DNA of 64,000 bases from the human T2T-CHM13v2.0 reference genome, Homo sapiens (GCF_009914755.1 NC_060926.1); one strand, 5' to 3'. Shown: positions 27,871-43,143, counted from the stretch's first letter. A program made the numbers and translations. The notes: generated by a model not told the origin, from the sequence alone.

Positions 27871-30699
27871 GCTTCTTGTGTCTCCGCAGCTGCCTCAGTT
27901 TCCTCCATTAAGGGCAAAGGAGGTAACAGGGAAACTGGCTTGGACTCGAATCACAGCATCAACTGCGATTCAGCCAAGGGTTTGTACGGGGCACAGGGCG
28001 AGCTGCCGCCCCTTGACTAATGCGAAGGGGAGGTCCCTTCCTTGCCGTGGGGGAGTAAAGGGTGGGGACTTTGTCACACAGCTCCGAGAAAAAGCAGGTC
28101 TCAGGGGCAGCCGTGAAGAGAGGAGCGTCCCTCCGCTTCTGTAGTGACCCCGGGGGAAGGGGTTGACCCTCCCTCCCTGCTGCGGTCCTGCCCCACATAC
28201 ACACTGAAGCCCTTCTGGGGGTGACAGTGGAAAGAGGGTTGGGGTAAAAAGAAACTTCAGACTAAGGCCCCCCACTCGCCTTCAAAGCGCTATGAGCAAC
28301 TGTTCTCCCTCAGGGCCCCAACTCACTCTCCCTGCCACACCGCCACCAGCACCAGCCTGGGCAGCCCTGAGGGCATGTTTCCCCGGTTCTGGAGCCCCTA
28401 ATGTCATAAGCCCCGCCTCGAGCCAGGCCTCTTATTCACAGCCCACGACTCTGCAAGGCATCCTCTGTATAAATAAGCACCAATCCACCTCTGACAGTGG
28501 GGCTCCCCCAGGCCCCGTCCAACCTGCTGGACCTCCTCTCCTCCCTGCTCCCTCCATGGGAGCAGAGCACGTGGCCTCTCAGTGCCCACGGACAATGTCT
28601 AGCGCCTCCCCAGGCTCAGGTGGGAGGTGCCCCGTCTCAGGTACCCAGACCAGCACCCCCAGCCACGGGGGTGTGTTGGGAGTAGGTGCCTCCTTGATCC
28701 CCCCATCCCTGTCATTCTGCCAGACTCCCCAGCTTCTGGTGAGGTGCAAGTGCCCACAGCCCATGGGGTGGATGCTGCCAGGGCTGGGTTCGGACAGGGC
28801 AATCAGCCTCCTTCCCACCCCCAACCCTAGGCTTCAGCTCAAAACCGACCACTCTGCTAGACACAGTTTCCTGGATGTGTCTTTCCCACCCTCTGGGCTG
28901 GGCAGGGCCTGGGCGCCGCCTGGGCATACATAACCAGTGATGGAGAGATGCCAGTAGCTCTTTCCCTGAGGAAGGACAGAGGGTGGCCATGAGAGCCTGG
29001 GAGCAGCTACTTAGGCAGGTGCCTGCCTATCCAGGGGCTCCCAAGGCCTTCACAGTCTGGGCCTGCTAGAGGCCCACATGGGCATCGGGAGGAACCGCCT
29101 TTCCACTGTCTCCAACCACACTTGGGCTGGGGGCCAGTGAGCAGCTCCCCAGACTCTGCAGCCAGCATCAGCCTTTGTCTTCTGACCCATCTTCCTTCAA
29201 GGGATGCTGCAGGAGCTGAGACTGGGTTGCCCGTGTGCCCTCCCCACCCTGCAAGTCCCCACTGAGGACGCTTACCTGGGCCTTCCTAGAAGTGACAACT
29301 TTGGGTCTACTGAGTGCCAAGCCTTGCTAGGCATCTTTCATTGGGCCAGCTAGGCACTAGGCCAGGTGGGGACAGCCAGGGACAGAGTCTACAGCTGGCA
29401 GACCTGGGAGATGTGTGCCCTCCGGGCAGCAGGAGCTGCCTTGGCATCCATACCGCTGCCCCAGGCTGTCACCGTCTACTGCAGCTGTCTCCTCCTGGCT
29501 CCACCCCAGGATGGACAAGTGCAGCGTGGGTGCGCCAGCTCTCCACGGCCACGCAGGCCATAACATAACTCAGCTCCTGCTCCTCTCGGCGGCTCACCAT
29601 CTCCCCCCGCACACACACACCTTCAGGCCTTGCCTGCTCCAACCAGCCCCATGAGGCTGCCAGGTGCAGGAATTGGAGCCTACTAGCATAGCAAGGCTTC
29701 CTTCAGCTCTTCCCAAACTAGACCTGACCTTCCACTGTCATCCTGTTCCACAGGAACGGGCATAGTTCAGTCCCAGACCAGCAACAGCCAGCAGCAGGAG
29801 CAGCCGGAGCGTTCCCAGACACATAGCAGGGGAGTGGGCAGCAGGGCACAACCTGGATCCCAGCCCTCCATCCCTGCCCCGCCAGGCCAGTGTTGGATTC
29901 TGAATGTGCCCTGGGTCTCCACTCTCTAGACCTTCCCTGGGGCTGTTTGCTCTGATAGAGATGCCCTATCACCCTTCCTTCTGTGTTTGGTGGGCTCCTA
30001 CTCACATTTCAAGGCCCACTCACCAGTCACCAGGCTCTCAGGCAGAGGGAGGACCTCCATTCTCCAGGTTCCTCGACGCCAGGCGGCACCACTTTCACAC
30101 TCAGCACACTGTACTAAGATGCTCTCTGATGGGTTTGTTGCATCACCTCTGCCCATCAGAGTGGACATCCCTTCTCTGTCCCCAGTACCTGGCACAAGGT
30201 CATTGGCCGTGAGGGACAGTGGCAGCAGGCAACAGTGCACTCATACACATGAGCATTCTAAGACAGATAGCCCAAATGAGGGTGCCCTGGAGGGATGTCC
30301 TTGGGAAGAGGGGCCATGGGGAAAGGACCTAGCCATGGAAGCGATCCACCTTTTCCAAAGAAGGGCAAGACTGTTGTCCCATTGCTGGCTGTGAGACCTT
30401 AGTTGGAAGCCATGGAGACACTTCTCCAGGCCTGAGAGGTGAGATGGTGCCACCAGATCTCCTGGGCTGGGGCTCCAGCAGCTCACAACGGTGCCTTCCC
30501 TCCCCTAAGGGCCCACTGGGACAGACCCCCATCAGGCCACACACCCCACCTTTCTCCAGATGTACCCCGCCCCCCACCAGCCTTTCAGTCCCTGGGACTC
30601 TTAACCCCAGACCATCCTGTATGCCCCAACCTCCCCACTTCCCAGATCCTTGGGTCGTGTCCTCTATAATAGAAGTCAGTCGTCCTCTCTGCATAAAGA

Positions 30700-32540
30700 T
30701 CTTGACAAAACCCCAGCTCTGGTCAAACCTAAATCATCCACCCACTGCCTGCCTTTGACCAAGCAGCTGCTCTTTCCGGAGCAAAACACTCTCTGCATCG
30801 ACTGGCCTCACTCTAAATTCATGACCACAAATCTCCAAACTTCCCTAGTATGCTCACTTTCCCACTTGTTAAAATCGGCATCCCTCCCTCCCTCTCCAAC
30901 CTCCCAGCCACTCCTCCGCCCCACCATGCTGTGACTCTGCCTGGTACTTAGGGGGAAACGGAAGTCCAGGCAGGAACTCACCCCCGCCGCCCACCTGCAT
31001 CTGGCCTCAAACTCTCTCTGCTGATTGAAGGGCAAGTCCTCAACCTATGCCCTAGAGCCCAACCCCTCTCATCTCACCCCAGGGTTCCCCCGCTTCAGTT
31101 ATCCCCCTCTTATGGTCACTGCCCCTACTCTACAAAGCCAGCCCCACCCCTTAGAACTGCCCCCCAAGCCCCATCACCTTTCTGCTGCCTCCCATAGCCA
31201 CCTTCCCCCCGTGTCTGTATCCAGGCACTGTGGCTGACCCCTCACATTCTCTCCTTAACCCCCGGCAGGTCATCTTCAGACCCTCCACCGAGGGTCTTCT
31301 GTGGGTCATGCCCTACTCCACATCACCAAGCACCAGGCTTATTCTGCCCTCTTTCTCAGCAGCACTTGGCACAGCAGCCCTTCCCCTGGAACACTCACAG
31401 GGTCTGTGACCGCCTTGAAAGCCACTCCTCTGCAGCCCTTTCTTCTCCCAAACTCTTAAGTCAGAGGTTCTTGCTAAGAGTGATTCTCCTCCTCTAAAGG
31501 ACGTTCGGCAATGTCTGGAATACAGGGAGGGGGCCGCTATTGGCATCTGTGGGTAGAAGCCAAAGATGCTGCCAAATGTCCTGCAAGGTTCACAATAAAG
31601 AATTACCAGGTACAAAATGCTGCAACGCTGAAATTAAGAAATGCTGCTCTAAATGCAGCAACCCAGCTCAGTCCGGGGATCCTTCCTCTTCCTCTACACG
31701 TGTGGCTCCCCTCCAGATTCGACAGCACTCCCCCAGGCACCTCCTGCCCTGCTCTCCCCGCTGAACCCCAGACTCCTTCAGCCCACCTACTCTCTGACCC
31801 CTTTGATGTCGCATGGACACCTCAGACCTGACATACCCATTTCCCCCAGCCCTGCCTTGCCCCGAGGTCCTCAGTGCTGGATTCTCAGTGAATGGTGCAG
31901 CTCCCACCCAGAGCCTGTGCCCTCACCCCATGCATGCAATCACAAGTGGGGCCACTGTGACCCCTAAACACTCCAAAGGCACCTGCTCCTGTCCATCTCT
32001 GTAGCCTCTCTCCCTTGCATAACCTCAGTGGCTTCCCGGCTGTTCTGCTTCCAGCCCATTCTCCAGAATGCATCGAGGACGTTTTAAACCTTAAGTCGGA
32101 TGTGGCACCATCTTCCTTCAAACCTTCCAGTAGTTGCTGCCTGTTGCTTGTGGAATAAAACCCTCCCCATCTCTGACTTGGCTGTGGGCCCCTCCCCATG
32201 CCAGTTACACAGACCCAACACACCTTGCTTTCCCCTGCCTCAGGGCCTTTGCACTGGCTACTCAGGAATTCAGGAAATTCAGTTCCTGAATTTTCACAGG
32301 CAGCCTCCTGCCATTTAGGGCTAGGCTGAAATGTCACATCCTCAGAGGGGCCCTTCCTAACCAGCAGCCTAAGGGGGTGCTCTGCTCTGCCATCATTTGC
32401 CAATGCCAGATGTTTTCTGGTTTGCTGACTTATTGTCCAACCCTCCCCACCCTGAATAAGCTCCACGAGAAGAGGAACCCACCTTGCTCACTGCTATTCC
32501 CAGCAGAACAGAGACTGCCTACCTGGTATGTTGGATGAGT
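30700..32540. mobile_element. Degenerate L2 fragments
   Basis: 'ctcagggcctttgcactggct', 'aatgtcacatcctcagagggcccttcct', 'gaataagctccacga' and a terminal 'ggatgagtgaa'. Confidence 0.6.
31462..31647. mobile_element. MER20 (hAT-Charlie DNA transposon)
   Basis: 'ggcaatgtctgga', 'tggcatctgtgggtagaagccaaagatgctgccaaa', 'aaagaatta' match the recalled MER20 consensus. Confidence 0.75.
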
Positions 32541-33440
32541 GAACAAATTGAGCCTACACAGCTGCATGGTCGGTGACTGGGGAGGTGAACAAGCCACAGA
32601 CCCCTGGGAGGGGATGGCTAGCCGCCTGGGCTTGGTTTACACCCCAGGGCCCTGTACCCCTCCCACCACCCAGGCTGGGGCTCAAACGACTGAACCTTGT
32701 CCCTGTGCTCCCCTTAAGCCACCAGGCTCAGACAAGTGGCATCTTCAAGAGAACAAGATCGGAGACCAAGAGACAAATCCCAATGGAGGCTGGTGACGGG
32801 TGGCCCGAGCCCCAGGGTCCTCCCTGGGTACGAAGCACAGCACCTCCTTCCACCCAACAGCAGAGGCCGAGAGGAGTGCAAGCCTCTCTACTGTCCTTGA
32901 TAAATGGGGCACTGCATGTACTGCCTCTGTCCTAGGGCTGCCTCAAGGTCTCTGCCTGGAAGCCTCCCAGCGGGGCTGTCCCCTACTCCTTGGGGCATGG
33001 CCAGAGCCCCTATCCACTCTACACTCACGCAGACCCCACTCCCCCAGCCAGGAGCAAGAGGAAGAACAGCACCTCCCTGCAGTCCTTCCCTTGTGCTAAT
33101 GCCTGGGACTGGGCCACTGTTCAGTCTCAGGGTTCATGACTCATGACTGAAACCCAAGGCCGACTGAAGGTAGAGGACACAGTGTCCCCTGAGTGCATCC
33201 CCATGTCCTCAATGCGGCCCCAGCACGTGACCCTCCAGAAGGCTGGCAAACAGCAACCTCTCCCCAGAACTTGGGAACTCCAAGCTTCAGCCCTGCCCTG
33301 CTGCTTCTTGGCCAGGACCCCTGGAGCACTCGCTGAAGTCTTTGTCTTCCCTGGGAGGTGGGATAGCCACCTGGGGCCCCAGAGGGCAAGGGGTGTTAAA
33401 GGCACACAGGAGGTGGGAAGGTCAGCACAGCACACTCCAC

Positions 33441-33446
33441 TTTATT
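33441..33446 (-). terminator. Probable ASTL polyadenylation signal AATAAA
   Basis: First TTTATT (plus strand) I find downstream of the ASTL stop, about 1 kb away, followed by GU-rich sequence on the minus strand. Confidence 0.65.
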
Positions 33447-34453
33447 TCCTCCCCCAACATGTGGGGCTCCTGCCCCTTCTACCCCAAGCAGGGCTTCCTT
33501 GACCCTCTGAAAGGCCACCAAAACAGTACCCTTGGGGACTGAGGGGCCTCTGGCCTAGGCCCACTCATTGGCACCCTGGATGCTTTCTTCATGCCTGGGA
33601 CAAACCTCATGGGGAAAGCCGGAGCTGGGGCAGAGGAGTAGGGCCTGCCTGGAGGAGGCCAGGCTGGGAGCTGGGGCAGAGGAGGAAGGGGGCTTTCCTG
33701 GAGGAGGACAAGCCAGGTAACCCCAGCCCTTTCTCCTTCCAAGGCTGCGCCTGGCTGAGCTCCAGGGAATAGCGGTGTAGGGTGGAGACAACTGAGTCCT
33801 CTGTTCAGGGGCCAGCTGAGGTTCCCATTGTGCAATCTGGTGGGGCCCCACTTCTTTCTCGTCTCCCCAATGGTGGCCACACTTGACCTACCACCTTCCT
33901 GCTCTGCAGGGGAGTAAGTTGGGCTCTCAAAGCCTCCTGGAGAGAAGGGCTGGAGGCTACACTGCTGTAGAACATTCCCCCACACTTGGGCATGTTGGGT
34001 GGGATGGGAGGCTGTTCCCAGGGTCCCAGCCACAGGGCTGCCCTGAGGGAGAGGTAGGGACACCATTAGTCCATGCTGGGGGGCAGGGCCTCAGGCACAG
34101 GAGGGATTCCAGGGTTCTGCGGGGCTGGAACCTACCTCTTCCCCACCCCTTCCAGGACCTGTCCCTGGAGAATGTCACCTCCCATTCCCAGCATCCACCA
34201 GGGCTGGGCAAAAGTCAAGAGCAGGCACAGCCAGGCCTGCCTTCCCCTGTGGCAGAGCTAGAAGAACCCCTGGCCCTAGGAGCCCTTAGGGGAACACAGT
34301 GAAGAGAGACAGGGGAAGAGTCCTGGCCCTCTGAGATGGGGTGGTAGGTTGGGGCTGGAAGACAGTGGTGTGGCCCAAAGGAGCCAAGAGGTAGACGACC
34401 CAGCTCCACTGGGCAGAGGATGCCCTCCCTACTTGGGGACAGAAGCCACAGGC

Positions 34454-34875
34454 TTAATCTTCGGACATCCCCTTGAAATGATTTCTAGGTACACAGCCCC
34501 CTGGCAGAGCTGGGCTTCCCTGGACAGGGACTGGCTGGATTCCTGCTTCTGAAGATGGGACTGTGGGCTTGGTGGACACTCCGGCCAGCCAGGACTGCTC
34601 CTGAGCAACACCGGGGGCACCTGCTCCAGGCCTTGATCTTGGGGAGGAAGCTAGGGTCTGAGGCTGCCTTGCCGAGGCCTCTGCACTGAGCTTTTTCAGG
34701 GCAGGGGACTCCCACCCATGTGGGCTCTCCCCAGGCCCTGCAGGAACGGGCTGGCCTCCCGCACTGGAACCACTGGGGTCGGGGCTCCTGGATTCCGCCG
34801 ACAGTGCCTCCAAAAGCCGCTGCAGAGATAGGGAGGCCGGAGCGGGGCTCCTACCAGTGCTGTGGGCATGGGACC
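34454..34875 (-). CDS. ASTL: Ovastacin exon 9, Pro/Ser/Ala-rich C-terminal region ending FKGMSED*
   Basis: Polypyrimidine tract plus CAG acceptor at 34876-34877, 422 nt. Total CDS 1296 nt = 431 aa + stop. Confidence 0.95.
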
Positions 34876-36264
34876 CTGCAACAGAAAAGACAGGAGGTGG
34901 AACCTCAGAACTGTAGGATGACATGTGGCCCAGCTGTGCGGACCCAGAGCTGGCTCAGCTCACAGGAGTGGTGCCCACCCATGCCACGGCCTAGTGCATC
35001 CAAGACCCAGATTCCCACCCTACCAGAGACCAGGACAATGAAGCCATCCCATCTCTTCCCTGCCTGGCCCCTGAAGTCACCATCAGAATGTCAGTCCACT
35101 CAGGCTTCCACCACTGCCCCATTCACACCCGAGACTGCTGGGACACTTAAGTCACCTGACCCAGCACCAAAGCGCCCACCTTCCGGACCCTTCACCCAGG
35201 TTGTTCTGCCTATGGCCATACCCTACCACTTGCCCCGAACCCAAGACCTCCCCTAGAACTGTTCCTGCACTTAATGGCCACATCTAAACCCTGCACCGTG
35301 CCAGGAGGTAGGTTGGGGCTTCCTTGTTCTTCACTGTCATGCCAGACTACAACTGTACCCCACCTCTTTGTGGGCACTCTTCCTCATTCAAGCCCATGTT
35401 CTCTGGCTGGCCCCAGCCCCTCAGCACTGCCTCCCATCCCAGTTCCTCCTGCGCATGCAGCGAGGGCTTCACCAGGAGCCTCTTCCCTCAGCTGACCCTG
35501 ACCAAATCCTCACTCCCACACTTCAACTGGTGACTCTTCTACCAGGTCCTGTTAGCCTCACAGCCCACACCGCCCTCCAGACCTGGTCAGCACCAGGAGC
35601 TACCACCACTGCAGCCTGTTCCTGGGGGCCACCCTCCACAGTACCGCCTCCACCTGTGCACACTGAGGTAGCGCGGCTCTGCAGATACTCCCCAGACCCA
35701 GCATCATCCTACACCAGCCCTCCCCACTTCAGATCACTCCCACCTACATAGGCTTCACAGCCCCCATGGCAGTCACCCCTCGGAGGTAGCCTCAACCACC
35801 TTTCCCTGCTGTCACACCTGCCGCCAGACCCAGCCCTAGAACGCTAGCATCCCCCACCTCTACCAGGTGTCTCCTGCTCTCCAGTCAGCGGAGGCACATC
35901 TTCTCCTTTGTTTCCATCCCCTTCTCCCTACCTCTGGTGGCCTCACCTCTCCTTATGTAACAGAGTCCCCAGCATCCATACATCAAGATCCTCCTGCAGA
36001 CTTGGGTCTATTCCTGTCTTCTTCCTTCCCACTAGATCCAAGGAAATGCCTCAGCTCCCACCATGTGCAGCCTTTTTCCAAACATTCTGGGTGTCCTTTC
36101 TCCCCGCTATATCCACCCCTCTCCTCCAGCAGGTCATGGTTCCAGCATCTGAATGTGCTCCCATGCTCACCATCTTGATAGACCCAGCCCTTGACCACAG
36201 GCCTTTCCACCACCTCCCAATTCCCTAGTCATGGTAGTCAAACCTCTAGAAAAATTGCATACAA

Positions 36265-36478
36265 GGCCAAGCATGCTGGCTCACATCTGTAATCCCAGTA
36301 CTTTGGGAGGCTGAGGCAGGCAGATCACTAGAGTTTGGGAGTTCAAGACCAGCCTGGCCAACATGGTAAAACCCTGTCTCTACTAAAAATACAAAACGTA
36401 GCCAGCATGGTGGTGCTCACCTCTAATCCTAGCTACTCGGGAGGCTGAGGTGCACAAGACTCCATCTCAACAAAAGAA
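36265..36478 (+). mobile_element. Alu with most of the right arm deleted
   Basis: Left arm intact, then jumps from 'gaggctgagg' to 'caagactccatctc'. Confidence 0.9.
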
Positions 36479-37184
36479 ATTACGCACAAATTTCTCACCA
36501 CATCTGTCCTTTAGGGATTTTTTTTTTTAGATGTTTAGTACAGTAAAAAAAGTGTAGGGGAAAGAATGGTGCTGGAACAACTGGCTAGTTACATGAAGAA
36601 TGAAGTTGAACCCCTTCCTTACACCCTGTTCAAGGGTTCACTCCAAATAGGTCATATACCTAAATGTAAAACCTGAAACTAAGACTTACATGGAAACAGG
36701 AGCAAATCTCCATGACCTCGGGTTAGGCAAAGGCGTCATAGACACCAAAAAGGAGTGACAAAATTGGTCAGTTGGACTTCCAAATTTAAGATGTTAGTGT
36801 TCAAAGGACATTATTAAAAAGTGGGAAAAACAAAAAACATAGGAAGTGATGAAATATTTAAGGGCAACATCTGATGAGGGACATGTGTCTAGAATATATA
36901 AAGAACTCTTACAACTCAGAAGAGAGAACCCAATTGAAGAAAAACAGACAGAGGATATGAACATTCTCCAAAGATGCAGATGACCAACAAGCACATTAAA
37001 AGATGTTCATCATTAGTTATTAGGGAAATGCAACTCAGAACTACAATGAGATACTACTTCACACTCACTAGGCTGGTTCTAACCAAAATGATAGATAAGA
37101 AGTGTCAGCAAGGATGGGAGAAATCGGAACCCTCGTATACCGCTGGTGGGAATAAAAATGGTGCATCCACTTGAAAATATCTTA

Positions 37185-37476
<292 letters not shown>

Positions 37477-38179
37477 TTAGCAGTTAAACATGGAGTTATT
37501 GTAGGACCTAGCAATTCCATTCCTAGCTGTATACCCAAAAGAAATGACATGTTGACACAAAATCTTGTACATAAATGACCATAGTAGCTCTATTCATAAT
37601 AGCTGCAAAGTAAAAACCCAAGTGTCCCTCAACTGGTGACTAAGTATGGCATATCTATCCAACGGAATGTTATTCAGCGATGTTATTGATACATGCTACA
37701 ACATGGATGAACCTTGAAAACATTAAGAAGCCAGACACAAGAGGCTATGTGTTATGATTCCACTTATGGGAAATGTCTAGGCAAATCCGGAGAGGCAAAG
37801 TAGGTTAGTGATTACCTGGGGCTGGGGGCAGAAGCAGGTAAGGTAGTGAGGGGAGGGAGAGGGCATTTGCATGCAAGATGACCTAGGAGTAGAATCTGGG
37901 TCAGGGGTTATGTACACTTCAACCTTCCAGGATGTCAAATTGTTTTCCAAAGTGGTTGCAGCCACTCATATTCCTATCAGTAGGGTCTAGCATTTCCATT
38001 CATCACTCTATATCCTTAACAGTATTTGGTATTATTGGGCTTTAAAGTGTCTAGTTTAGTGGCTATAGAATGGTATTGTAGACTTCATTTGCATTTCCTC
38101 AATTACTGAGGTTGAACATCTTTAGTGTGTTTCCCATTTGGTCTCTGAGATGTCTATTAAGTCTCTTCCCATTTTTCTA

Positions 38180-38479
<300 letters not shown>

Positions 38480-38554
38480 GGTTTGTTCTTATATTAATGT
38501 GTAGTTCTTTATGTATTTTGTATACAAATTATGTGTTGCAAAAAAATATATTGG

Positions 38555-38960
<406 letters not shown>

Positions 38961-39401
38961 TCATTTAAGTGATCCTTCCCTATCCCAAGGTCATGAAGAG
39001 ATCTTACTATATATTTTTTTTCTAAACATGTTAAAGTTTTTATTACATGTGTCTTTCATGCATCCAGAGTTATTTGCGCATGATATGAGTTAGGGATTTT
39101 TAAATAGATGCTAAATGGCTCTAAGACAACTAAGTAACTTAACTGTCCTTCCATAGTGACCATCAATGGCCCTTCATCAAGGCTCTGCTTCTGAATGGAA
39201 TCTGTTTCTAAATTTGATTCTGTTCCAGCGGGCAATTGTCTAGCCTTGCTCCAGTGCTATGCATTTATGTAAAGACGTTTCATGAACTAGATGACTAACA
39301 TCTGCTAGGACAAGTCTTTTTAGTTTTTCCTTCAGGGATGTCTTGGCTATTATTGACCTTTCATATTCTCATATAAAAACTTTATAATCACCCTGTCAAT
39401 C

Positions 39402-39667
39402 GGGAGGCCAAGGCAGGCGCATCACTTGCGGTCAGGAGTTCAAGACCAGCCTGGCCAACATGGTGAAACCCTGTCCCCACTAAAAATACAAAAATTAGTT
39501 GGGTGTGGTGGCACGCACCTGTAAGCCCAGCTGCTCAGGAGATTGAGGCACAAGAATCACTTGAACCTCGGAGGCAGAGACTGCAGTGAGCCGAGATTGT
39601 GCCACTGCACTCCAGCCTGGGTGACAGAGTGAGACTCCATCTTTAAAAAAAAAAAAGAAAAAAAAAA
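39402..39667 (+). mobile_element. 5'-truncated AluS with TSD AATCAC(C/T)CTGTCAA
   Basis: Alu consensus; TSD visible on both flanks. Confidence 0.92.
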
Positions 39668-40427
39668 TCACTCTGTCAAGATCAAACTTATTTTGAGTGG
39701 GAATTTATAGATTAATTTGGGAAGACTGAATTTTTATAACATTGCCTTCCTTTCAATAACAGATTTATCTATATTTAAGTATTATTTAACGATTTTAATA
39801 AAGGTTCATTTTTCCTCAAATGTTTGATACAGCTGTCAGATTTATTCCTTGGGACCTTTATGATTGCTATTATAATGGTATGTTTACTAACAATTGTGTT
39901 TTCTAACTGGGTGTACAGAAATATGATTTTTATATTAACTGTATTTACCTTTTCTAATTCTTATTAGTTCTAATAACTTGTTTATAGATTGTTGCTTTCA
40001 ATACAGGTAATCATCTATTATGAACGATTTTTTTGCTTCCTTTCCAATCCTCGGACCTTTAGTTTCTTTGGCTCTACCTCGGTGCCCAGGACCTCCACTG
40101 CCACACAATGTGGAGTAGATGGGACAATGGTGGGAAAACTTGTCTTGGTCCCAGTTTTAATGTTTTACCCTTAACTTTTGTTCTAGGTTTTTGGTAGATG
40201 TTTATTATCTAGGCTAAGCAAGTGAGCCCTATTCCTCTTTGGTTACAGTTGAGTCATAGTGAGTGTTAACTTTCCTCAAGTGCTTGTTCTGCGTCGTTGT
40301 GGCAAGCCCCCGTGATCTCACCCTGCTCCCCCTGCAACCTCATCTCCCTCCTTGTCACCCTCCCTGACACCATTAGAGCACAGGCGCCTTCTCCAGGTTC
40401 AAGTCACCTTCCTGCCATGCCACTCAC

Positions 40428-40582
40428 CTCTCCCACGGGGCCTGGGGCCACTTGGGCTGCAGCCGTAGAGTTTGAGGACCCGGGTGATGTCCGAGGCACT
40501 CAGGTTCCATCGCTGGCCGATGTGGACACTGGGGGCCCAAAGTGGTGTGATGGTGGGCAGCCCACGCCGGCTGAAGGCGAGC
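40428..40582 (-). CDS. ASTL: Ovastacin exon 8 ([13 protein letters not shown]...[21 protein letters not shown]...)
   Basis: GQR..LS..D....LY.C end of the astacin domain, AG/GT boundaries, 155 nt. The preceding intron is only 85 nt. Confidence 0.96.
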
Positions 40583-40667
40583 CTGGAACCCAGCGGGAGA
40601 CCCCTGAGTCCAGATCACCACGGGAGAGGCTGGGGGAAGCAGAGGGAGAAGAAGGCAGGGTCCTCAC

Positions 40668-40749
40668 CTCCCATAGTGCATCACAGAGGAGTAGTCATAG
40701 GGCGTCAGCATGTTGCTGCTCTGAGACTTGATGAAGTTGATTTCAAAGC
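40668..40749 (-). CDS. ASTL: Ovastacin exon 7 with Met-turn ([11 protein letters not shown])
   Basis: SxMHY Met-turn, AG/GT boundaries, 82 nt. Confidence 0.97.
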
Positions 40750-41439
40750 CTAAAAATACAAAAACAATACAACTTACTGATATATAAAGAGGGCAGGCAA
40801 GAAAGGGCAGGCAATGGCTGGGAGAGTCTTCTGGGAGCTCATAACTCACCCAAGCTGAGGGGCTGAGCCCACAGCCACCATGCTGCTTCTGGTACCAGTC
40901 CCACTTTCCCAGCCCTGGGAGGATCCCCAACCTGTACTAGTTGAGGTAGAGGCACAGGGACCCCATGGCTGGCCAACCATCACCTCCTAGCTGTTCCCTC
41001 CACCCATCCTTCCTCCTTGCATATTCAGTCTGCACGGGGCTGGTCTCTGCATAAGCCACAGCTGCCACGGGTCCCACACTGCTCAGGGTCTCAGATGTCC
41101 CTCCCACCCCAGATGAAATGTCTATTCCTTGACCCAGCTTTAAAAAGCTGCCACGCTGTCATCTGCAGTGGTGATGCCCTAGTCCCCAGTCACAGGCCCA
41201 CCTGTTCTTCCTGTGTCAGGCCACAACACTTCCCCAGATTTGGAGCCCATCTCCCCCTCACTCAAGTCCCCCAGGCCTTCAGAGGGATTGCTCCCCCAAT
41301 CCTCCCAAATCCAGCCAGCCAGCCACGCATACACGCCACCTCGGTCACAGCAGCTTCCTCTCCATGGAGCAAATGAGCCCTCCAGCACCTTCATACCCCA
41401 CCACCTGCCTAACATAGCTGCCTCTTGAGCTCTTACTTC

Positions 41440-42150
41440 TTTTTAAAAATTCATTAAACATACTTTTGAATAAGTAGTATATTCATTTGGTTCAAAAGTC
41501 AAATATTGAGATGTAGTAAAAGTCTATTCCATCCCCTGCTTCCTGAGTTCCCACCTCCCCGCCCCACAACAGTTAATTACTGTTATTAATGTGTCTGCCC
41601 TGGCAGTTTCTGTACATGTTAACCTAATGAGAACATATTAACCTAAATGGGAACAAATATGTTCTCATTTTTTCCACTGGGGAACCCGTGTTTTAGCCTG
41701 TTTTATCATTAGGAATAATTATTAGTGCTGTTTTCCAACTCAATTTCTGCTTTTACCTTTTGAAATTCCCTCCTGCTTTCATTTAACTTGGGTTGACATG
41801 CTCAATTTGTTCTGTTTACTGATACGTAAGTCTACACATTTTCTCTGAGCATTGCTTTAGCTGTGAACCATTGGCTTTTCTAGTCTTTCATGATTTTTTT
41901 TTAGAATTGCTGTACTTTAACTCCAGAGCTGAAAGAAAGTTTTGTTGTTTTTTTCAATTTCTGAATAGGAGAAGCTTTCGGTTTTGATGTATCGGTTTCT
42001 ACTTTATATCATGATCAGAATGTTTACATTGGTCTACTTTCAGAGTTGCAGGTTTTCATGGCATTTCATGGTATATCATAAAATTATCAGGGTAAACTTT
42101 CACAACTGTTCCACGAGCATTGGGAAGGATCAGTCTGTTTTCAGGGTACA
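41440..42150. mobile_element. Degenerate L1ME-like AT-rich fragments in ASTL intron 6
   Basis: Abrupt T-rich segment with L1-like motifs (tttctctgagcattgctttagctg). Confidence 0.55.
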
Positions 42151-43143
42151 GAGTCACTTGTCACCCCCCTCACAACCTCCCCAGCCTGGTCTGATTCAAT
42201 ATCCATCCCCTCCCCCTTTGTGAGGTGCTACCCACGTGCCCCGTCACCCCTTTCTCTGTGACTCATGTTTGCTGAGAGCCACTGAGAAAGCGGTGTTTGG
42301 GGCCTGGGAAGGTCCTTGGGCCCAGGCAGCTTCCCTGGCTGCCTCACCTGGCTAACATGACAGCCCTGAAAGGTCTCGTGCTGGACGCCCTCCACCTGCG
42401 GTAGGCCTTCCTGCTCCAACCCCTAAGCCAGACTCCCACCCAAACCTCCTCTGCCCCTCCCTCGTGGGGCTCTTCCTGCCTCCTGAACCAGACCATCAAG
42501 CCCACAATGAGAGAGACCCCACCATCACCAGGATCTGATCCCCGGCGCCACACAGCCGCTGCCAGCACAGGAACCACAGCCCACCTGCCTCCAGCCTCCA
42601 CTCTCCCATGGCCACAGTCTGTGTTCCTTCTGCCTGCTCACTGGCACCACTGGCACATGTCCCAGCCCCACAGTGCTGCCCTCAGCCCGTGGCCCAGCAC
42701 TTGGCTTGTGCAGCCTGCTACCTTGGGGTCCCACTTTGGCTCAGCTCCCCAAGCTGGCACACAGCCCCAGTCCATGGTGGTGGTATCTGGTACATGAGAC
42801 CGCTGCTAGAGTACTCAACAAGCAGGTATCATGGGCACTGCCTGCCCCATCGCCAGGGAGAGGACAGTGTCAGGGATGAGAAGCGAGACAAAGCAGGTGG
42901 TGGCGCCCTAGCTAAGGCACAACTACAGGTGGGTAGAGGAAGGCCTGGGGCCCAGAGCAGCACCCAGAGTACCACCTCCAGGTACCAGGTACCAGACAGA
43001 AGTGAGACCCCCACCTTCCCCACAGGAAGCAGGCAGGTGATGGGGAGGATGGATAGCCTCACCCATGGGGACCAGGCGACTTGGGCCCAAGCCGTGCTGT
43101 CCCCTCCCCGGCACCAGCCTGTCCTGCGTGTGGCCTGGCTCAC

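Noticed and set aside
28468-28475. TATAAATA on the plus strand as a divergent promoter near the 213-aa ORF at 28292-28933
   Set aside because: A single motif lying inside that ORF; the product has no recognisable features.
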